Below, piece by piece: positions 26,940-40,710 of a DNA stretch of 64,000 bases. Position 1 is the stretch's first letter; each line of letters begins with the position of its first letter. The position numbers were made by a program, and so were the translations under genes. Origin of the DNA: Tubiluchus corallicola. Its lineage: Eukaryota; Animalia; Priapulida. The DNA is taken from NCBI GenBank assembly GCA_030141605.1, contig JAQGDQ010000049.1, positions 496,001 through 560,000 on the forward strand, given 5' to 3'. Below the pieces are notes generated by a model that saw only the letters and a program-made list of their open reading frames with translations, was not told the origin of the DNA and ran no database searches.

Positions 26940-29900
26940 TAATTCGGCTTAGGTAGGTGTTGTTAATTTGATATTGAAGTGCTTGGCCGTTGCTGTGTTA
27001 AGAACATAAAAAAAACTGTTAAAATTCATTCTGACTTGGTTAAGTAACTAACAACTACTGTGTTGTAAAACTACTTTGTTATCTGGGGTAAATTTACAAT
27101 ATAATAAATATCATTGTACATGAGCTGTAAACTATGTACAGCAAACTATTTTTTCTCAAATCACTATGACCCGACAATTAACTTTTCTATCTAAAGTTGT
27201 CTGTCTATCTGTACAATTAACTAAAGTCTATCAAATTGCTACAAAATGCAGACCATGGCTATGGATAATTAGGACTGGCATTTGTGCTATAAAACTGTTA
27301 TTTAGCATAGTACTTATAAAGCTTATAAATGATAATATAATATGTATATTTGGGAGTAATTTTTTTGTATCGTCTATCTGTCAATATTTTGTGATGTGCT
27401 GTGTAACATTCATTTCTTCAGCTACCTAATGACAAAATATTGCAGTTATGTCAAATATTTAATAAGAATTGTTATAAAATTATATTAATATCTAATTTTA
27501 AATCTACATACTAAAGGAAAAGCCAGGCTTCTGCCAACCTTGCGTGTATTTTTAATATACGATATCAAAATTATGAACAATGCACGGACGTAATAGTTTT
27601 TTTAAAACAAAAACTAAAGTAATTATAATTATTCTCATCTTCCTATCTGTAATGGTGTTTTGTAAATTATGACGTAAGCTGACCAAAAACTAATACAAAC
27701 TTCTGCAGCATACCGAAGTTTCACTCAGATATATCACAAAAATAGGCATCTAGTTTTGTTATAACTATTTTCGTTCGATTGGTTAAAAACATCATTATTT
27801 GTTCATAATGAGCTCACTTATCGCTTTTGAAATGATTGCGACTATAACGTGATTTTACTAGTTATAAAGTAATTCTAGCTTTATCGCATTTTTATTGCTG
27901 AAACATTCTGATATTTTTTGCAAACATTATGTTATCTTCCCAGGCATCTTGGTATTTTCTTAAAACATTTGAAACGTTGTTCTTTTTTGTTAGTGTGAAA
28001 TATCGCTATGAAATGTGTTTAAAACATTTTTAAATCACTTGAGATTTGGCACTACCTATATCTTCCACATCAATTGAAACTGGTTTATAAACACAATAAT
28101 TTTTAAAATGTAACCATATTAGAATTTATGTCATCTTTTAGCATTAATATTCTGTTTGTTTGAAATAGTTTGTGATTCAATAGCTTTATTTCGTGTGAAA
28201 ATTTAAGAAAGTGTCAAAACACATGTTACTGCTTTTGGAAGTAAATAAAGTTTGTGTCATCTTTATCTTGTGGCCTATGCTCATTGGTACTTTTTGCCAA
28301 AACTTCCTCAATAATTACTCAACTATGCAAATTTTTATTCCTTAGCCTGTTGCAACATTCCAATTTGGTCTTGAATGTGGATTTCATTGTGTGATGATTA
28401 TGTAACAGTTAACAAAATATCAAAAAATATCTTGTCTCAAAGTATGTATTTAATGTATTGTGAACAAATACAACAAACTAAACATTGCAAACAATTAACA
28501 TTTACAGTTGTTTTGCCAGCTGATGTGAAGCTCTAGATGTTGTGATCACTTGTTTAACATGCACTATGTTTTATTCTGTTATCACTGTAATTGTACAAAA
28601 ACTGGTTTTGTTATTGTAAATATTATTGCCAATTAATATTCAGCGATCAATACAAGAAGTTATTATTAGGCGTAATGATAATTATTTATAATGACCTAAA
28701 TTAATTTGTTATTGTAATACCGTAATTGTAGTTCTAGGTTGGTGCTATGTAACTTGTAAGATTAATAATTATAGCCGTAACTGTTACTTTAGCGGAAATT
28801 AGAAGAATTCTGATTCGTCGTTATGCGATTCTAGTTTCAAATTACTTTGTGACGAAATGTCAAGATCATATATATAAGGAGAGCCAGATGCTGCAGTAAA
28901 GAACGTTTTCTACAAAAATTGTCGTATTCTATTCTAAGAAGTAAGTTTCGTTCGAAGTGAAGATTAATTTGGAAACAACAACAACATCATCATCATAAAT
29001 ATTTATGAAAACTTTCTTCTTCAGTTTTAGTTTAAAAGTTAAAATAAAACTAGGTTTTGCTCTGTAGTGGTAGCCATGACACAGCTATTTTTCCTTATTA
29101 CATTTTTTAGTTTAACAAATGCATTATCTTTTGTGTGGATTAATAACAAATATTTAATTTAAAGCAAATTAAAAATTCTGGTATCTAACTATGTATTGGT
29201 TTTGACGTCATAAATTTACGGAAAAGGTTATCGACTTTCCACACCTATAGAAAGCTGCAAGGGCGGCGGCGGCGATGGCGGCAGATTTACTTACTGAACA
29301 AATTTTACAAAATAGCCAGGCGTGAAAAGCACTCACTCTATCGAATTTTCATAATTATTACAAGTTGAGAACTCTGCATATATAATAATAAAATGGTTAA
29401 AATGAATATTTTAAAATTATCATATTACTAAAGTTGTTTTGCGTCTGCATAATGATCACCAAAACGTGGTCTATAACGGTGATACTGGCATAGCCTGTCA
29501 CCTTTTAAAGAAAGTTTCCAGGTGCTTTTGCATATTTAGCGAGTTTCAAGGGATATAAATTACAAATGCTGAAAATATAATAGTTAATAGCTCAGTATAA
29601 TCGAGCTCCGCTTTGATATTTTAATAGAAATATTGATTAACCTATACTGTGTCAATAATAGTCAGAATTGTATGTAAATGTGTGGGATACTTCGAGCTTT
29701 GCGAAAACACATCATTGCTTTATTTGCTTATTTTGTATTAAATTCTATCGACTATATAAAATGTGTTTTTTCTATACTATACGTCCCATAAAGAGTGATG
29801 AACGGCTTTTATTCTAATAGGCAAAATAAAATTAGACGCAGGCGTGGCTAATGAGTTAAATAGACCAGATTAATGATACGTTTGCGTTTATTGCGATCTA

Positions 29901-30386
29901 GGTCACAGAGTCGCAGACTGAATTTTACGAAATCGCTAAATGATCTTCTCTACGCAATTTTTCTCTTCCTGGCTGAACGCATTTTAATTAAAACTAACCC
30001 AGATTTGATAACATTTAATTTGGGCCACGTTGTTTCTCAGACTTTCTCAGAAATATACGTAGAGTTTAGAATCCTCCTATGGCTATAATGTTATATTAAA
30101 CCGTTTTTCTTCGTACTGTGATGGGCGTGTGTTTGTTTGGATAAGCTTTAACTCTTTTGTGGTGCTTTATGAAAATATGGTGCGAAATATTTCATCATTA
30201 ATATTTACTCAATAATAAAGTTCACGTGATTGTAGAAATTCTGCTATAAAAAGGGAATGCAATGGCCGAGAAAAAGGTGCACAAACATTTTTGTTTTGCT
30301 CTGTAATTTTCCTAAACCTACCAACACGCTTGTTCTAATGCTGGCAGAACGAGAGTTTCTTTTAAAACCTGTATGAAAGGGATACT

Positions 30387-30788
30387 CAGGGCCGCATTAT
30401 GACCTTTTTTGACGGACTCATCCTCTAACTCCCTCGAATATGTGACTTTTAGTTCGTGATATGTTTTAGATACATTTGCTTAGTTTGCAGTAAACTTATT
30501 GCAAATTCTTTAAGTATTCTAGAATAACTATCTTTTTTGCGTTAGTCGATAAAAATATTTTTTAAGAAATACCACCATTTTACTATTTTTTGCAAACCAA
30601 ATTAGCACACATTTCAATCCCCGAAAACAGATTTTTGGCAAATGTTACCAAAGCCCCAGGCTGCAACCTATACTAGCCTTATGTAGCCTGATACTGCTTG
30701 CAAATAGAGGGAATGTATATCGTACATAGTTTTTAAAAATAAAGAATTATAATAATAAAAAAGCCTTATATATGTTAATCGGGCCCTG
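30387..30788. mobile_element. hAT-like MITE
   Basis: Ends CAGGGCCGCATTA ... TAATCGGGCCCTG; GGATAC(T) on both flanks as an imperfect TSD. Confidence 0.55.
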
Positions 30789-31440
30789 ACAGGATACTCA
30801 AGGGAGTAACATTAACATTTCGGGTGCAGAAATGTGATACATGAACCTAATGGCAAAGTGGAAAGAAACATGTGACTAGAGACAATAATTATTAAACCAA
30901 ATTGAATTCAATTTTTTATTGCAACAATTTTTTTTCACAATACACAATTAATATAGGTCTTCGTACGTATTATGTGTTACTTTTAAGTGTAGAAGTAGAA
31001 ATTATAATAATAATTATTATAATCACTTCTAAAATACGATTCTTCATAAGAAAGCACTTAGTAATAAAGCCAATCTAGGTGACGGTGATCATTTCAGTAC
31101 ACTGCCTCAGGGTAGGTATAGTACACGTGATATCTTATCTTTTATAATAATATTTGTTGCTGCATTAACACGACGTGAAACTCTCGACGCAAAATATTGT
31201 TTTAATTCTCTATTAATTTAGTTTAAAACGCCTTTTAACAAGTCTCAGTTCTCAAATTCGCAAATTCTCAGTTCTTTAGATGCTGTTTGTCTCTTGTTGT
31301 TATTATACTTCTACTTATAGATGGCGTTCCAGTATAAATATGTTTTGGCTTCGCTCGCTGCAGGCACGGTAGAATAGGGTCCATTACTTACTTTCGTTAA
31401 TACATTTACATGCTACACAATCATTTCCAATAAAACTTAT

Positions 31441-34400
31441 TTACAGAAGTATGTTACAGAAATACTTTCCTACAATTACTACAACGCCACAAGATATCAC
31501 AAACAAGTTTACGCTTAACTTAGAAGTAGAATTTTTCCATTTCTTGGTCGGTGCAAGTCTGAGTCCTGGGTGGGGCTTTTCTCCTGGTTTTACGCAAGGG
31601 GACCTATACGATTCCGGCACCCCAGTACCAGAATTGCAGTAATCAGTGTCACATATTGTATAGCAATCGCAACGCATACCTTCGTGAGACAGAACACACT
31701 GACCCCAAGGTCTAAATTCGTCTTTGATGTCACAACCGCGTGCGAACGACCACACCAATCCTACAATTTGCAACATAATTATGTATTAACTACCAAATGA
31801 CTACAGTTCTCAAAGAAAAAGCAGAGAAACTATAACATTTCCCAAATAAAGTTAAAAATTTAAATAGTTTTTTGCAAATTTAGTAATTTGATTAATTTTC
31901 ATTTCACAATAATTGTTTCATTTATTTGACATTAAGCTCCACTGTGTAAATTTTGATGCCTGGATTAACAAATTAATAATAATAAGTTTATTGGTGAGTG
32001 CAATACAATACAATACAATACAATACAATACAATACAATACAATACAATACAATACAATACAATACAATACAATACAATACAATACAATACAGTACAGTA
32101 CAGTACAGTACAGTACAGTACAGTACAGTACAGTACAGTACAGTACAGTACAGTACAGTACAGTACAGTACAGTACAGTACAGTACAGTACAGTACAGTA
32201 CAGTACAGTACAGTACAGTACAGTACAGTACAGTACAGTACAGTACAGTACAGTACAGTACAGTACAGTACAGTACAGTACAGTACAGTACAGTACAGTA
32301 CAGTACAATACAATACAATACAATACAATACAATACAGTACAGTACAATACTATACAATATATTTAATAATCATTAGATTATATGCCGTGGCTATTAAAA
32401 TATTTTTGCAATTGGATTTACAATTCATTTATTTAATAATCGGGCGATGGGTAGTTGTCCATGTCAAAATGGGTAGTTATCGAGGATATGCTTTACGGGG
32501 ATGAGGAAGTTGTTTTAACTACCGTTTCATATGGAAGAAAATGAAGATTTAAATTCAAATCACATTCAACCGAAGTTAAGCAACAATGAAACTGATTAAA
32601 TGTCAGTGAATGGATGGATGGATGACCACCAGGATCAATACTTGCTCTGTCAAGGTTCATTCATCATGCCGATTCTTTATTTCGCTGTGGGCGATGTATA
32701 CCATATGTATCAGAATATGATTAAGATGCTTCAACTGGTTCAGAGTCTCACCTTACAGATTCGACTTGATAACAATCCAGATTTCGGTCCTGCCACAGAT
32801 ATTTGTCAATAGGTGACAGATTCGAGCTTACAGAATAGCGAAAAGTACGCAAAGACTAGTAGAGAGCCTCACAGAAGCTGCTGAAGTAGTTTTTATTAGA
32901 ATAACCACTGTTAATACTTACACTCGCAATCTTGAATAACAGAAATTTATAATAAAGCAATTCTAATAATGTAAGTAAACAGAAAATTTACACTTCAAAA
33001 TGCCATTGAAAAGTAGTGATGCTGTATATACATCAGAACACAGAGTGAATTTTAATTCTTGGCAATTACGTTAATAATACGATTTTGGCACTAGAATAGC
33101 TGTCAACTGGAATCACTAGACTTACCGTCTTGGAAATTAAGTTCTACATAACAAGAGCGGTCGCTTGTGCAGTTCGTGATCGGACGTCCCGTATAAGCTA
33201 TGTTAGGATCACTTTCACAGACGCTAGGACCGGGTATGTTATTTGAACACGTGTAACACATCAAACCATTTGCTGTAATTATAAAAAGAACTCGAGACAG
33301 TGGCTCTGTGTACTTTTAGGCTTACGTTGCTGGAAGATATTATTTTGAAATAAATCTGTTAATAGGCCTAAAACTGCATGATAATTGGCCGTAGGACTGC
33401 ACAGACATTGCTTTTACTTTTCTGCTTTTTATTAGCAGTGTATTATATGACGTTATTTTTCAATTGCTTGTAATTTTATTTCTCCATTTTAACGTGCCGA
33501 AACTTTTTTGCGTTGTTTTTATACCTTAATTTTTTTGCAGTTCTTGGCTTTCTTTATTTCTGCTCATTTTCTTTATATATATATACATTTAAGTCATACA
33601 ATGTTGGACGATTTTTGCATTATTTGTAAATTTTATGTCCTTACATGTATTTATTTTTCTTAATTTTAAATTACTGAAAATACCAATCAAGACCTTGTTG
33701 TAAACGAGCTTTGCTCAAACAAATGTATATTGAATAAATATCTTTTCTTATCCTATTCTATCCTACCCAACCCTACTCTGCTCTGCTCTACAATACCCCA
33801 CCTTATCCTATCCTATCCTGCCTATCCTGTCCTTTCCTGTCCTGTCCTGTTATGTCCTGTCCTGTCCTGTCCTGTCCTGTCCTGTCCTGTCCTGTCCTGT
33901 CCTGTCCTGTCCTGTCCTGTCCTGTCCTGTCCTGTCCTGTCCTGTCCTGTCCTGTCCTGTCCTGTCCTGTCCTGTCCTGTCCTGTCCTGTCCTGTCCTGT
34001 CCTGTCCTGTCCTGTCCTGTCCTGTCCTGTCCTGTCCTGTCCTGTCATAACCTACCATAGCCTACCCTACCCTACCCTGCCCTGCCCTGCCCTGCCCTGC
34101 CCTGCCCCGCCCTGCCCCGCCCCGTCCCGTCCCGTCCCGTCCCGTCCCGTCCCGTCCCGTCCCGTCCCGTCCTAGCCTATCCTATCCTATCCTATCCTAT
34201 CCTATCCTATCCTATCCTATCCTATCCTATCCTATCTTATCTTATCTTAAAGAGAAGCCGTAAGTAGAGTTGCTTGTGGCTTGAAAACCTAAGGGTCATT
34301 AGCGTGGTGAGAATCCGGTTTACCGGATATTGTTTAGCGATAACTACAAATGTATTACTAATTAATAGTTTTTTAAAACGAGGACACTGGTGTTGTAAAT

Positions 34401-37400
34401 ATTTTGCTGTGGTATTTTACGCAAAACACGTAGACCTATAGTCATTTATCAAAGGGAGGAAGCAATGTAGGCTAATAGCGTTTCTTAATGAGCACGTTTT
34501 AACAGTTTCACTACAATACAATCAGTTGCTTTAAACAATTCAAGTGACACTCTAAGTAAGATGATTTGTGAATCAGTATTAGTTCCTAAAAGTCATACTA
34601 GCACGAGAACGCCGCAAAAATTATTTAAGTGATATTTGAAGTTTTTTCAGCTATAAATGTTTCGTGTAAGTTTGTGCAACCAACATTGTACACCATCAAC
34701 AGGGTGCATAAGATTATGGATATGTATAAAATAAATAAAATAGCTTATTTTATGGATTTTTGAAATTTTATTTTATGGATATCACTAAAATAAGAAATAG
34801 ACTATATCTGGAACGAGATGCCCAGGGGGAAACCAATTAAAAAGTAAAAACAGGAGTGCTTGAAACGTGTTTTTAAACACACAGGACTTAGTTTTAATTT
34901 TAAAGGTTTCGTTTTAATTTTATCGGTTTCATATCACTTCAAATTTAATCAAATTTTACGAGACAATGGCTGGGTCTCTCTCAGTTATTTTCAGACCGAA
35001 CTCCAGCTCATGCTTTGGTTGAAACTTCGCCATCTTGATAACAAAAAGACATTGAGAAAAAAACAATGTAAAATAGCAAATCCGGAAATGCGCTTTTGTT
35101 GGTTTGCTTTTCTTTCTCTTTCTCTCCTTCTAACGTTCGTTTTCAGTGTTGCCAATGCTTACAACTCGTTACTTTGTACAAAAAATCACAAAAAATATTT
35201 TTTTATTTTACGCATTTCTTATTTTATGAATTTTTCAAATTTTATTTTATGGATTTTTGGTCTTATTTTATGGATATCCATAATCTTATGCAGCCTGACC
35301 ATCAACCAACTACTCTAGAATCTGTCATTAAGTCGCCAAAGCAACTGCAAACGTGTTTTAACTGTATAATATAGCTCAGGAAACAATAAGATCTTAAAAA
35401 CCCTTAATTATTATAAACGTAATATTAGCACCATCCTTAATGATGGCACATAATCATTTAAATTTTGATCATAAACTTGAAAAATGAAATGTGAAAGTTG
35501 AAATACAGCCTGCATGATTTGTAGTTTTTTGTACCATAGGCACTTAAAGAACGTAATTAAACCTGATTTTTTATTGAATCATTGCTGTTGGAGTGTGTGG
35601 AACTATAGGAACGACTTACGGGTTGCGATACCACTAAAATCAATTTTTCTGATAAGAAAAAAATCTCTAAAATAAGAAGGTGATAAACACCGCACTTGAA
35701 AACTATCGTATATTACTGGGACAAAGGTATAGTGATAAATCTTGTAATAAATCTCTATAAAAAGTGTATATAAATAAATTTATATAAAAGTATTAATTAC
35801 TTGTAAAATACCTGTAATTAACGATCACCGCGCAAATCTACTCGAAAACAGTGCTACCTGTACAACTTAGTCTTTAATGCAGCTCAACTTAATCGTCATA
35901 AAAGACAGATAACTAAGGCGTTATAACATAGACAGCGCTTTCGATCTAGTTGTCTTAAAGCATATTTCTTGAAAAACAATATTGGCAATAGTCATCAATT
36001 TATCGTTCCTTCTCTTGTAGACACCGTGGTACTGCCTTTTGTCAGAGCATTCCAGTCTCTCTTGTCTGCGGCTAACAAATTTAGTTCTTATGCTAATAAA
36101 ACTAGATTTGGTTGTGATTGTTATTTATATCAGCTATTCGAGTAGTTCTTTTTTTGAAGATTTTAAAGTTTCTAGAACGTATGGCAATTCTTACAAATGT
36201 TTTACTTGTTAACCTAAAGCGTATCCTACACAGGCGTACATTTTGTCATTTTTAATATTACTCCCCTAAGTTACAAAGAAGATTTCTGTGTAACGAGTCA
36301 ATTTATTTGCTTGAGTAATTCTTAAACCCCAATAATCCGCTGTTATACATAAATATACTGATAACGTAAGCATTAAATAATCGATCTTAAAATCTTCGTG
36401 TTAAATTTTTGCTACTTTCTCCAAAATAAACAATGAACCAAATTGTAAAGACATTCAAATTTTTTTTCTTATAATGCTTGCATTGGACCGCTTACTACTT
36501 TCTATTCTTAATAACATTTTTTGGCATTAAGATATAAAACTATATGACTGGCATTGTTTCGTCTATGTTTGCCGTCTATTGTTTCTCTATACTTCATTTA
36601 TTTTTGCCTCGCACAATATTATTGCAAAATAAACCCATGTATCAACATTCAACACCTTGAGTTACAGCTCAATTAATGTCAAATGATTTTCAAATTTATT
36701 AGGTGTAGGAATGTCAAGCAGTACAGAGAATGCTGCTGCTACTACTATACGTTTTCTAGTTTCCTTCTCAAGTCTGAAACGTTGCATCATTTAAGCCAGG
36801 CCATGTTAGTTCGGTATTAAGCATAATAGGCCTATGTCGTATTATATCAGGTGGCGCAAAAGAAACGTGCCGAAGTTTTAATTACGATAATATAAGAAAA
36901 AATAAACGAATCGCTTGAAAATTCCAATAAGTAAGATACAGAAGTCTTAAAACAACAAGTTTAAAAAATAAATACCGGAAAAATTTTTGTCACGTTTATT
37001 AACTACAAATTAGACGAAGACGTTTCTTACAACAACTGTGGAGGGGGAATAGAGTTTCTTATTTCTTTCAGGGATATTTGGTCCTAGCGCTCAACAGTTT
37101 TTGCCTTTAATTTCGCTACAGAGCCTACATCAAAAGGCTCTATACTATGCGACCGTCGCACACTTTCTCGGAGAATTCAAGATACGGTGTTGACAGGATT
37201 AAGTTCCATTTTTCCTTGATAACAAATATTTACCAATACTTGATTTTCTGTGGTAAAGACCATAATGTAAGCTGGTTGATTTTTTTATTGTTTTGCTGCC
37301 ATTGTATTGTATCGAGTGCTTTATACGTCACAGTGGCTATTTTTCAATTGATGATAAGCTGACATCGTTCTCGCATTTAAATTTTTAACGTGCAAATGTT

Positions 37401-39454
37401 TAATTTTTTTGGTCATAACTAAAAATCTACTAAAACTGTAAACCTGTAACTTTCACAGCCAAAAGATAATGTATTTTAGTATCATGAGAAATTGAAACTT
37501 GATCTTGCTTCTAATGTTATTGCAGCCTAAACTTCGGCACATTTTTTCTGCACTAATCGATATAATAAGCTCGACTTTTATCATTTCGTTTGGGTTGAAC
37601 ATTTAGAATATTAGTTACGACCAACACGAGCACAGTGAGTTCAATTACATGTACTACTGTGATAGTTTTCAGTATGAAGCTAGCCGAAACCTGTTGAACA
37701 TGGCAAATTTAATCGACTTTTGTAAAAAAAAGTTTACCTTAGTTCAATGATCTCTTCCAACTGTGATACGTTATGCAGTTATACTTATACCTTGTAGTTA
37801 TATTATAGATTTTAACTTTTAACCAATGCAAACTTATGTGAATTTAATCGTGTGTTTTGTTTTAATTGAAGTAATCCGTATATCGATTAGCGTATGAGCT
37901 ACTAATCTGCTAGTCTTTTCTTTTATAAAATATTATGTATTTTTAAACATGGGTAATAAATAAAAAATAATTGCTTAATATTTGGTGTAATTAACAATTA
38001 AGGACAGGCAGCTGACAAAAACGAAAGTGTGCGCCTTGATAATTCAAGCAGTGACTGCAAAATCAGCAACTAGTGTATGACTGAGTCATTTTAAGACATG
38101 AAATGGGACAAATGGCATGGAATTGTCAGTGTAGTTCTTGCGTGCTCATGCTCATTTTCATGAATATAAAATCTAACTCATGATACTGTTAGCCTAGGTT
38201 TTATAAACCTACGCTTAATAATGCGCAGTTTATATATATAATGCACTTTAAAGACGTTTAATGGGTTTATACATGATGCGTAATTGATGTTACATTATCA
38301 TAGTAATGCAGATGCACAATAGTTGAATTTCGCTAATTTTGTCCAAAAGACTTATTATAGCATAGCGCAAAAAGATAATTTAGGCTTTTGCAGATTATAG
38401 CAGTGTTTTGCATGCGAAGCACGCAACTTTCATAAAAATTCATCTAATCCGTAAAGTATACTATGATGTACGGCACCAGAAGTTCGTAAAGTAGTAACTG
38501 ACGATTTTCTTGTTCTCCAAAACTACTACTACAGCGGACAGTTTCAATTATTTTACTAATTTACATCAAAATAATAAAATAGTTATCTGATTTGGCAGAC
38601 ATTTGAGAAATTTGGATTTTCTTTCATGGGTCATACATGTTTTGAGACAAGGGACACTTGTGATAAACGAAGAAGAACCAGAATTAAAATTTTAGCAAAA
38701 TTTCTAAAGGTTGTTAAGAAAAAATTTTTTGTTTACGAATCAGTCTAATTATATTATTGTGTGGTAGGATCAGTATGTTAGTTTTACTTTACTTTTCTTA
38801 ACAGTTAGCAGTGGGTCATGTCCGCCAGCAGCCAGAATAAAGCAGACGGTCTCAGCTGAAAGACTACACGAGATGTTATTTTGCCTAGGACTATTTGAGC
38901 TACTGTTTCTTTAGTTAGAGTAGTAGAGAAATCAAAGTTAGACATACACTCGCCATTTTCATTTCAGTAATAGAAAGGTTGGTAAAAAATAAACAAAGTT
39001 GATACAAATATTAGTAAATATTAGTATCGAAAGATACCTAGGTACTGGCTTTGAAAAACTGAAAGTGCCTTTACTAAAAATGAATGCAAAATAAATTCGA
39101 ATTGTTTGCTGCGCCATGCCATAATTGTTTTGTTTTTGCAAAATTACAGGCGTAAACTGTTACTCGCTCAATATGCTGATATCGCAATCAAATACCAAAT
39201 GTGGCGTCTTTTTCCAAGACAAACGGTCCTCCTTGCCCATAGCCACCCCCCCCCCCCCCCGCCGCTACTGAGAGCGAAATACTACGCCACCGATCAGTAC
39301 TGTAAAAATCTAATGTAGCGTTAATAATTGACGTTGTCAACTGCTTCTATCTCTGGTTTATTAATAATTTTTACCGACACTCACCTGGCAAACAATAACT
39401 CATTAACCCAATCATTACTAGCAGAACATTTAACAGCCCCGTGGTTGAAGCCAT
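31441..39454 (-). CDS. Ly6/uPAR three-finger (quiver/sleepless-like) protein, signal peptide plus hydrophobic C-terminus (probable GPI anchor), 178 aa
   Basis: Exons 39385-39454 (MASTTGLLNVLLVMIGLMSYCLP, donor G|GTGAGT), 33126-33272 (ANGLMCYTC...VC...NC...SCY), 31441-31760 (FARGC...QC...RCDCYTICDTDYCN...LFVISCGVVVIVG); both introns phase 1. CxxC start and CxxDxCN end define the fold. AATAAA on the minus strand at 30915-30920. Confidence 0.88.
32001..32357. repeat. Compound pentanucleotide microsatellite (CAATA)n(CAGTA)n(CAATA)n
   Basis: Read directly; lies in Ly6 intron 2. Confidence 0.98.
33750..34248. repeat. Compound pentanucleotide microsatellite (CCTAT/CCTGT/CCTAC/CCTGC/CCCGT/CCTAT/CTTAT)
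   Basis: Read directly; lies in Ly6 intron 1. Confidence 0.98.
34700..35297. mobile_element. hAT-type MITE, 598 bp, perfect 8-bp TSD
   Basis: TIRs CAGGGTGCATAAGATTATGGATAT / ATATCCATAATCTTATGCAGCCTG (1 mismatch); ACCATCAA at 34692-34699 and 35298-35305; subterminal TTATTTTATGGA repeats. Confidence 0.9.
35995..36085 (-). mobile_element. Short 3'-end remnant of an RTE-like LINE
   Basis: Minus frame LLAADKRDWNALTKG...**, resembling the AxDRxxW C-terminus of RTE ORFs. Confidence 0.35.
36848..37559. mobile_element. Degenerate Tc1/mariner-like MITE
   Basis: Left GCAAAAGAAACGTGCCGAAGTTTA, right TAAACTTCGGCACATTTTTTCTGC: imperfect inverted ends in a TA-rich context. Confidence 0.6.
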
Positions 39455-40289
39455 GGCGAGATAACTTGCGATTATCTTTACTCAAACACTCAAATGAACT
39501 TTACTCAAACACTGCACAACTTGCTTTATACAAAACAATAACAAGCTAAACAGAGAAATATTGCGCTTGATTTACACTGTTACACGATGTATTTCACTGT
39601 TGGAACTATAATCATTACCACAGTAAAGTGGTACAAAGAACCATTCTCTTGTGATTGTAGTCATTTCCCCAAACACCTTGTCAGACACCCACTTATAGAA
39701 CCATGATTACAAATGTTGAGAAGGTCAGGTCCCTCCTTCGAGTAGCTTGAACTTCGCAGCGCGGTTCCAACCTGTAGTACCAGGGGCTAGATTTTGTCTA
39801 CTAAACATATTGCTTATTTCACAGACATTGAGTAGCTTAAAAGTTTAAGAGTACAATGCTCTCGATTCGCACCAGTGGTTGTTACTCTGAGAGGTGTAAC
39901 GTCCATACGCGAGGGACACGCACGGGAAACACTTCATAGTAATCGTGTTTTGTCTGTAGACTTAAAACACGGGCTCGTGTGGCGTGTTTCAAATTTGTAA
40001 AAATGTTACCTGTACAGTTACAATGTGTTGACCTTGCTATAATAACTGACTACAAAAATGCGTTCAGTATTATTTGGTGGGGGAATGTGGGGAAAATAGA
40101 AAGTGCGAATAAATCAAAAAGATCTTAGGTTGTCTGAACTTGATTGTTAATGAATTATCTTACTATTGTTCATCTTGAGCATATACATGCTTTCACAAGT
40201 GAAATGAGGTGAATGAAATGAGAATTTTAAAATCATAAAGTCGTGCAATGCATCATCTTAGGTGCGAGCGTTATGCACCACAGCACCAC

Positions 40290-40710
40290 TCATAATTTGA
40301 TGTCATGTTCCCCGGATCTGCTGCCACATGCCAAGTATTCAGGTCATTTAAGTCAAGTGGACTATTTAATACGTCTTTCTTCAGAACAACTAAATAAGTG
40401 ATAAGCTGTCCTCCTCTTGGTTTCTTCCAGGTATTAGCGCTTGATGTATAGTAAGTGGATAATCCTTTGGTAATCAGATGACGTGTCCAATCCATCTAAG
40501 CCGACGCTTTTGTGTGTCCTCACTCCATTCCTTCCGCTTTGCTAAATATTATATATGTAGATCCTGATTTGAAATTTTCATTGGCCGTTTTATACCCAAC
40601 GTCTTTCTGTACAGACGTCTTTGGAAACCACTGATTTCATTCTTCTGGGCAACTTTGACTGTCCACAATTCAGAATCATACAAGAATACAGGTTCTACAA
40701 GTGATGACAG
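40290..40710 (-). mobile_element. Decayed RTE-clade LINE fragment (region C-terminal to reverse transcriptase)
   Basis: Minus frames give LVEPVFLYDSELWTV...FQRRLYRKTLGI...ISNQDL...KRRLRWIGHVI*LP, then a frameshift to KKPRGGQLITY...VAAD; contains in-frame stops. Confidence 0.8.

Noticed and set aside
31913-34175. Long ORFs with YSTVQ, VLYCT, SCPVL and TGQDR repeats
   Set aside because: Translations of pentanucleotide microsatellites in Ly6 introns, open in several frames at once.
34860-35374. Hydrophobic 152-aa and 92-aa ORFs
   Set aside because: They lie in the T-rich interior of the hAT-type MITE.
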